Of a stretch of DNA of 32,458 nt, positions 27,205 to 32,458 are shown one piece after another. Every line of letters starts with the position of its first letter. The stretch's first letter is position 1. Below the pieces are notes generated by a model. It was not told the origin of the DNA and made no database searches. It saw only the letters and a list, made by a program, of their open reading frames with translations. The translations under genes were made by a program, and so were the position numbers. Origin of the DNA: Tolypothrix carrinoi HA7290-LM1 (GTDB taxonomy: Bacteria; Cyanobacteriota; Cyanobacteriia; Cyanobacteriales; Nostocaceae); contig JAHHIK010000094.1 of the NCBI GenBank assembly GCA_019358935.1, forward strand, positions 1 to 32,458. Direction: 5' to 3'.

Positions 27205-28173
27205 TTAAAGTTGAAAAATAGGTTCTCCCATTCTGACAAATATTTTTCTATTGCTTGCTGTAGCTTCTCTTCTTCCATGAAGAATTTTTGTGTTGTCTAT
27301 CATGAGAACATCGCCTTTTTCCCATTGGATATCAATGGTTAGGTTGTCACAGATCTGCTGAAGTTCTTCAATAATATGCTCGGGAATACAGGAACCATCT
27401 TCCATTCTGACTACAAGTGGGGGGCTACTATTTGTCATTTTCAAATTTTCCGCAAACCAACCTGACTGGAATGCCCACTCAGCTATGTAAATTAACAAGA
27501 GATTATTGATAAATACATCTTCTCCATCTCGGCTTTTTACAATTGCTGAACAAACATACTCTGTTGTTATGGCTCCAGTTTCTGAATTGATCGACAGCTT
27601 GGTTTCGTTCTCATCACAAAACTTCTGCACTATGTTTAAATCATCAGTTTGAAATGTGGTTTGCCATTCCCCACTTGCTTGCTGTCTAACATATTTTATC
27701 TTTTGACTTTGGAATAATTTTTTGGTTTCGTCACTAAGATTTTTAAATATCTCTCTTCCATCGCTAACTGTTGTTTGGCCTCCTTGTATAGGTGGGTTTT
27801 CGCAATAAAACCAGAGAATGGTGGGATGATTTTTTAAGTAATACATCTCTCCATGAAGTTCTATAGGGAAGCCTTGTGAATGCCCCGAAGTGGTTAAAAG
27901 AGTTTCAATGTTATTTATTGCTTGTCTATCTAATACTCCCCATCTCAAACCACCTCCTTGATAAGTAGAGAAACTTTTGCAATACAATTGCGTAAATTTC
28001 ATGAAGGTATCAGCATCAGTACCGAAATTATTAAACAGTAAGGTCCCTGATTCTCGGAATAGATTTATGACTTCTTCATTGTCTAAATCCAAAATATTTT
28101 TTGAGCCATAACCTTGAATAATTCGACCAAAAGTGTTACTCAAAGAACGATGCTGAATCTGATTGGTCAACAT
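27205..28173 (-). CDS. TauD/TfdA-family Fe(II)/2-oxoglutarate dioxygenase (SyrP-like)
   Basis: LHGEMYY (HxE), WFYCENPPIQGGQTTVSDG, WEKGDVLMIDNTKILHGR; GGAG RBS. Confidence 0.88.
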   Translation of the reverse strand: MLTNQIQHRSLSNTFGRIIQGYGSKNILDLDNEEVINLFRESGTLLFNNFGTDADTFMKFTQLYCKSFSTYQGGGLRWGVLDRQAINNIETLLTTSGHSQGFPIELHGEMYYLKNHPTILWFYCENPPIQGGQTTVSDGREIFKNLSDETKKLFQSQKIKYVRQQASGEWQTTFQTDDLNIVQKFCDENETKLSINSETGAITTEYVCSAIVKSRDGEDVFINNLLLIYIAEWAFQSGWFAENLKMTNSSPPLVVRMEDGSCIPEHIIEELQQICDNLTIDIQWEKGDVLMIDNTKILHGRREATASNRKIFVRMGEPIFQL

Positions 28174-28362
28174 AATTGCAATCTCTCCTATATTACTAAA
28201 GTGGAAACTACAGGTGTTGCTTTAGGTATCTACGGGTAAGGGAACGAGAACACCAAAGCCATTACACATTTGAGACAATACTGATGAGCACAGGCAGACA
28301 AAGAAGTTAGAAAAGTATAACTATTCAACTATTTGCCTTGTTTCATTAAGGAAGGCAAAGTT

Positions 28363-28436
28363 TCATTTTCTTCTTGTAGTTTAAAAGATTTAAGAGTGTT
28401 GGACAATAACTAATCTGGTTAAAAACTAACAATTAT
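28363..28436. repeat. 74-bp direct repeat, copy 2 (upstream of the dioxygenase gene)
   Basis: 72/74 identical to 20578-20651. Confidence 0.92.
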
Positions 28437-28440
28437 TGTC

Positions 28441-28632
28441 CTACTTTTGGTGCGTATCTGATTTAATACAGCTACAGCACGCTTTTCTCCAAGCTTGGGG
28501 AGTTGTCCCGTGATATTGGCGACGAAACTGGCGGAAGAAATGAACTGGATGCTGATAGCCCACCAATGCAGCAATCTGCTCGACTCTTTTTAAAGTTTCA
28601 ACGAGCAAAGAACGTGCTGCTGCCATTCGGCG
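28441..28632 (-). pseudogene. AraC-family HTH C-terminal remnant
   Basis: RRMAAARSLLVET...VEQIAALVGYQHPVHFFRQFRRQYHGTTPQAWRK; N-terminal part missing. Confidence 0.75.
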
Positions 28633-28659
28633 CTGCGGGCGCTATGCGCCCGCAAGCTT

Positions 28660-29016
28660 AAGGCGATCGCAGATCAAGGCTACCCAAGTCTGAATTTTAT
28701 TCTTTTATGTCACTAAACTCCAAGAGCGAATAATCAGGTTGCGATAAGCACCTTCTCGCCGCGAACCTAAGTAGCGTTGATGTAAAATACGATAGCGATA
28801 TTCCATCACTTGAACAGCGATATCCAGATCCTTAGAGTTGAACGGATGGGATTGCTCAAGATAGCTTCCCAAAAACCAGTGAATAATACTTTTCTTGCAA
28901 GCCACACAAACTTCTGGACACTCTGCATCCATTCGCTTACACCAACCCAAGCGCGATTTCTGCAACCGTTGCCATAGTGAGATTGTACTCCTGGAAACCG
29001 TATTTTAAAGTTTGCT
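28660..29016 (-). pseudogene. Degraded 5' part of a HetZ-related protein gene
   Basis: AECPE...SIIHWFLG...MEYRYRILHQRYLG...AYRNLI...SLVT*KNKIQTWVAL resembles cyanobacterial HetZ-related proteins (from memory); frameshift near the start, in-frame stop, truncation. Confidence 0.55.
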
Positions 29017-29417
29017 TGACTTCCTTAATTTATTGTCAAAGTAACGAGTGCTTTGATAGCATACGCATGAATGCGTCCCTTGCGCGTCTCCTTAAGGAGA
29101 GGGATTGAATAACGTTACTGGCTAAAATTTTTCATCTTTGTGTTCTCAACAATTTGAGTGATTGAACTTAATTAATAAGATAAAAAACATTACTTAAGTT
29201 ATCCACTAACTTTTATGATCTATTGAATATCAAACTCGGTTTCAAAAAATACACTTTTCTGCATGCACTGCTAAATTTGCCTCTCATACAATACGTAAAT
29301 GCGTTAAAAGGTAAGCCAATGATGATTAAATATGTATCAAAATTACTGTATATGAGCGCGATCACTCTGTAAATTTTTGCTTTTATGTGCTACAATTATG
29401 AGCTTAAATAAAAGATT

Positions 29418-30128
29418 ATGGTAAAAGTAAGCTTTAAGGAATTGATGATGAGCCAAGATTTACCAAAGCAAGGGAAGCAAAAGATTCTCGTGGTGGACGA
29501 TCACCAATTAATCGTGAGTGGAAGCCTTGAACTGCTAGGACAGGAGTATACAGACGCGGAATTTCTCAAAGCTCAAACTGCACAAGAAGCTTTTGATATA
29601 GTAGCAAGCTGCCAGCTTGACCTCGTTGTCATAGACCTGTCCATTCCAGAGAAGTCTGGAATGATAGCTCAAATTGATACAGGTATTCAACTACTAAAAA
29701 CCTTAATGAAGAAGTATCCTACACTCAATTTTGTGGTGCAAAGCAGTTATATTAAGGCATTAGTGCGTATTAAACGTGAAATTGATGACCATCAAGGGGG
29801 CTTTGTCATTGCTAATAAAGGACTTTCCGAACAGGAAATCTTAAATAGGGTTAACTTGGCGCTACAAGGTATAACCCATACAAAAGATATCAAAACAGCA
29901 TTGGAATTTAAGCCAGAGTGGCTAGAAGTTTTGAAGTTAGCATTTGAAGAAGGATTGCAAGATAAAGCTATTGCCGAACGAATGCATATACATGAACGAA
30001 CTGTCCGTTCATACTGGACTAAAATCCAAGACGTACTGGGTGTTTATCCTGAAGATTGCAGACAAGAAGGCAAGAATATGCGAATTCAAACGACAATCTG
30101 TGCTAGAGAAGAAGGGCTAATTGACTAA
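29418..30128 (+). CDS. NarL/LuxR-family response regulator
   Basis: ILVVDDH, VVIDLSIP (phospho-Asp), C-terminal HTH GLQDKAIAERMHIHERTVRSY; start may be ATG 29446/29449 region after AAGGA. Confidence 0.88.
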   Translation: MVKVSFKELMMSQDLPKQGKQKILVVDDHQLIVSGSLELLGQEYTDAEFLKAQTAQEAFDIVASCQLDLVVIDLSIPEKSGMIAQIDTGIQLLKTLMKKYPTLNFVVQSSYIKALVRIKREIDDHQGGFVIANKGLSEQEILNRVNLALQGITHTKDIKTALEFKPEWLEVLKLAFEEGLQDKAIAERMHIHERTVRSYWTKIQDVLGVYPEDCRQEGKNMRIQTTICAREEGLID

Positions 30129-30152
30129 TTAAGAGTTAGGAGTTAATGATAC

Positions 30153-32183
30153 ATGCCTGAGGGTTCTGGTACGCTTATTTGGAGGAAAATTAAAAAAGAA
30201 ATTGCTATTTGGCGTACAGGAGCATTACCAGGATTTGGAATCTTAGCGATTGTTATCATCGCTCGTTCATGTGGGTTACTTCAGCCTCTAGAGTGGATGG
30301 CTCTTGATACCTTTCTCCGTCTGCGTCCTGCTGAACCTATGGATAATAGAATCACCATTATCGGCATTACTGAAAAAGATATCGTGAGTGCAAAAACTTA
30401 TCCTATACCAGATAAAGAGATTGCGACGCTTATTAGGAAAGTACAGAATTATCAGCCTAGAGTTATTGGTTTAGATATTGTTAGAAATATATCCGTTGAA
30501 CCAGGTCATAAAGAACTAGTTGATGTATTTAAACAAAGTAAAAATTTAATTACTATTGAAAAAGTCTTACCTCCTCAATATGCTCCACCGCCAAATGTGC
30601 CTGACAACCAAGTTGGTTTCTCAGATGCCATATCAGATAAAGATGGCAATTCCAGGCGTATTCTTATTGGTACACCATCATTACAGAAGGGTCAAGACTA
30701 CAAGTTTTCCCTACCTTTGCGTCTAGCAAAAGCTTATTTATTAAGTGAAGACATTTCTTTAAAACAAGGTATTCGCGATCCGGGAACTATGCGGTTTGGC
30801 TCAGTTGAAATCCCCCGCGTTTTGCCAAATGCTGGGGGATATGTAGGAATAGATGTAGGTGGGGTTCAGACACTACTCAATTGGCGGAGTGGAAAAGAAC
30901 CATTTGAAGTTGTATCTCTTAATGATATTAAAACAGATAAATTACAGTTGAAACGGTTACGCGATCGCATTGTTTTGATAGGCATAACTGCTCCCAGTGT
31001 TCCAGACTACATTAATACGGGAGCAGTTGCTGGTTTGAAACCTAATGAGCATATTTTTGGAGTAAAATTTCACGCTCATGCTTGTTCCCAAATTATTAGC
31101 GCAGTTCTAGATGAACGACCATTGTTAAAAGTTTGGTCAGATGAGTGGGAATATCTGTGGATAGTTGTTTGGGGTTTGATCCCCATTATTATTGGACGGC
31201 TAACTCAATCCATACTTAAAAATTTGTTTGCTGTTGGTGTGACTAGTCTTTGCCTAGTGGGAGGTAGTTATCTGCTTCTCATATGGGGTTGGTGGATTCC
31301 CTTAGCACCAAATTTATTAATTTTATGTATCAATGGTGTAGGTTTGAGTGCTTTTGCTTTTTATCAACGCGATCGGGCATTGCAGTCTCAAATTGATGAA
31401 CGCCAACGCACCATCGACCAAGCATTTACACTTATTCATAATGGACCTTTGCAAACACTAGCTACTGCCTTAAAATGTGTTCAAGATAAAAATTTACTAC
31501 AGGATAAATTACACTGTCAACTGCAAAATCTAGACATAGAACTTCGTGCAATAGGTGAACACTTTAAATCAGAAGCTCTCTATCAAGAGGAAAGCCTTCT
31601 TTTAGGAAGTGGTTTAAAACTAGATTTAAAACTTCCAATTCACGAACTCTTCTATGAAGTTTATACCAGCACACTAAAACGAGATCTTCCTAATTTTCCA
31701 AATCTCAAGGTAAAAACCCGCTCATTTGACCCTATTGAGGAGAAATATTTGAGTATTGAACAGAAGCGCGAACTTTGCCAATTTTTGGAGGAAGCTTTAT
31801 GCAATGTTGGAAAACACGCATTAGGAGCCAAACGCATTCAAGCCACTGGCAAAAAAAACCAAGGCAGGTATACTCTTAGCATTAAAGATAATGGGTGCGG
31901 TATCTATTCAAATTTAGAAAATAAAGGAACAAAGCAGGCTATAAATTTAGCCAGAAAATTAGGAGGTGACTTTAAGCGAGAACCTGTTTCTCACCGAGTT
32001 ACTTTATGTGAATTAACTTGGTCTTTAAAAAGTAGTAAAGGTCACCTCATAATTCCCTTTAAATCTTTTTTTAAAGTACCTAATCAGAACATTCTCGACT
32101 CAAAACAAGCTGCCCCGAAGACAACCGATACACACCCTGCGGTTCCACAATCGGATCGCCTTTCTGCCAAGGACGACGAGTAG
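30153..32183 (+). CDS. CHASE2-domain membrane sensor with HATPase-like C-terminus (histidine kinase)
   Basis: PRVIGLDIVR, GFSDAISDKDGNSRR, GVKFHAHACSQII, about three TM helices, IHNGPLQ, EEALCNVGKHA, IKDNGCG; AGGAG RBS. Confidence 0.88.
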   Translation: MPEGSGTLIWRKIKKEIAIWRTGALPGFGILAIVIIARSCGLLQPLEWMALDTFLRLRPAEPMDNRITIIGITEKDIVSAKTYPIPDKEIATLIRKVQNYQPRVIGLDIVRNISVEPGHKELVDVFKQSKNLITIEKVLPPQYAPPPNVPDNQVGFSDAISDKDGNSRRILIGTPSLQKGQDYKFSLPLRLAKAYLLSEDISLKQGIRDPGTMRFGSVEIPRVLPNAGGYVGIDVGGVQTLLNWRSGKEPFEVVSLNDIKTDKLQLKRLRDRIVLIGITAPSVPDYINTGAVAGLKPNEHIFGVKFHAHACSQIISAVLDERPLLKVWSDEWEYLWIVVWGLIPIIIGRLTQSILKNLFAVGVTSLCLVGGSYLLLIWGWWIPLAPNLLILCINGVGLSAFAFYQRDRALQSQIDERQRTIDQAFTLIHNGPLQTLATALKCVQDKNLLQDKLHCQLQNLDIELRAIGEHFKSEALYQEESLLLGSGLKLDLKLPIHELFYEVYTSTLKRDLPNFPNLKVKTRSFDPIEEKYLSIEQKRELCQFLEEALCNVGKHALGAKRIQATGKKNQGRYTLSIKDNGCGIYSNLENKGTKQAINLARKLGGDFKREPVSHRVTLCELTWSLKSSKGHLIIPFKSFFKVPNQNILDSKQAAPKTTDTHPAVPQSDRLSAKDDE

Positions 32184-32270
32184 GGCTGGTGGATGGGGAG
32201 GCATGAACCTATCCCACTAATGTCAAAAATGTGATAATCTGCTTCTAAAAATGGAAGGGTGTATCACATT

Positions 32271-32340
32271 ATGGCTGGGCGGTTTGAAGGGTTAACGGAC
32301 TTAGAATGGAGGCTGTTTGAAGATATATTCCCTAATACCA
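32271..32340 (+). mobile_element. IS5-family transposase N-terminal remnant
   Basis: MAGRFEGLTDLEWRLFEDIFP, then the sequence breaks off. Confidence 0.55.
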
Positions 32341-32458
32341 TTTTATTTTAAATATGCTACAGATGGTAAAGAAGATTTATGCTGAGGAGATGGACAATGT
32401 GTGGGGTAGTTAAAATAGATATTACGGAATCCGTTGAAACTCTAAAAACACTATTAAT

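Overview
Cyanobacterial DNA, probably a heterocyst-forming Nostocales strain (HIP1 GCGATCGC sites, STRR-like repeats, cyanobacterial IS5/IS701/IS110 remnants, a HetZ-related pseudogene). About 25 kb on the minus strand (roughly 28.2 kb down to 2.6 kb) is a biosynthetic gene cluster built on a PUFA-synthase-like (Pfa-type) iterative PKS: KS-AT, ACP plus KR, KS-CLF plus DH, and a PfaD enoyl reductase. It also carries a class III aminotransferase, a FabG-like SDR, a stand-alone thioester reductase and two amidinotransferases (one broken). A second block holds a TauD/SyrP-like dioxygenase, SAM methyltransferase, ABC-2 exporter, citrate-synthase-like protein and GMC oxidoreductase, and is bracketed by a 74-bp direct repeat. 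The ER-AMT-KR-TR set parallels the zeamine/fabclavine long-chain polyamine pathway, but amidinotransferases appear where those clusters have a nitrilase and NRPS. This suggests a long-chain amino/guanidino lipid (inference). The PKS genes have odd junctions: an A9 -1 frameshift between ACP and KR, and two small insertions splitting KS-CLF from DH whose removal restores the frame. The downstream end is eroded by IS activity. A NarL-type regulator and a CHASE2 sensor lie divergently at the right. All family assignments are from motif recognition by eye, not from database searches.
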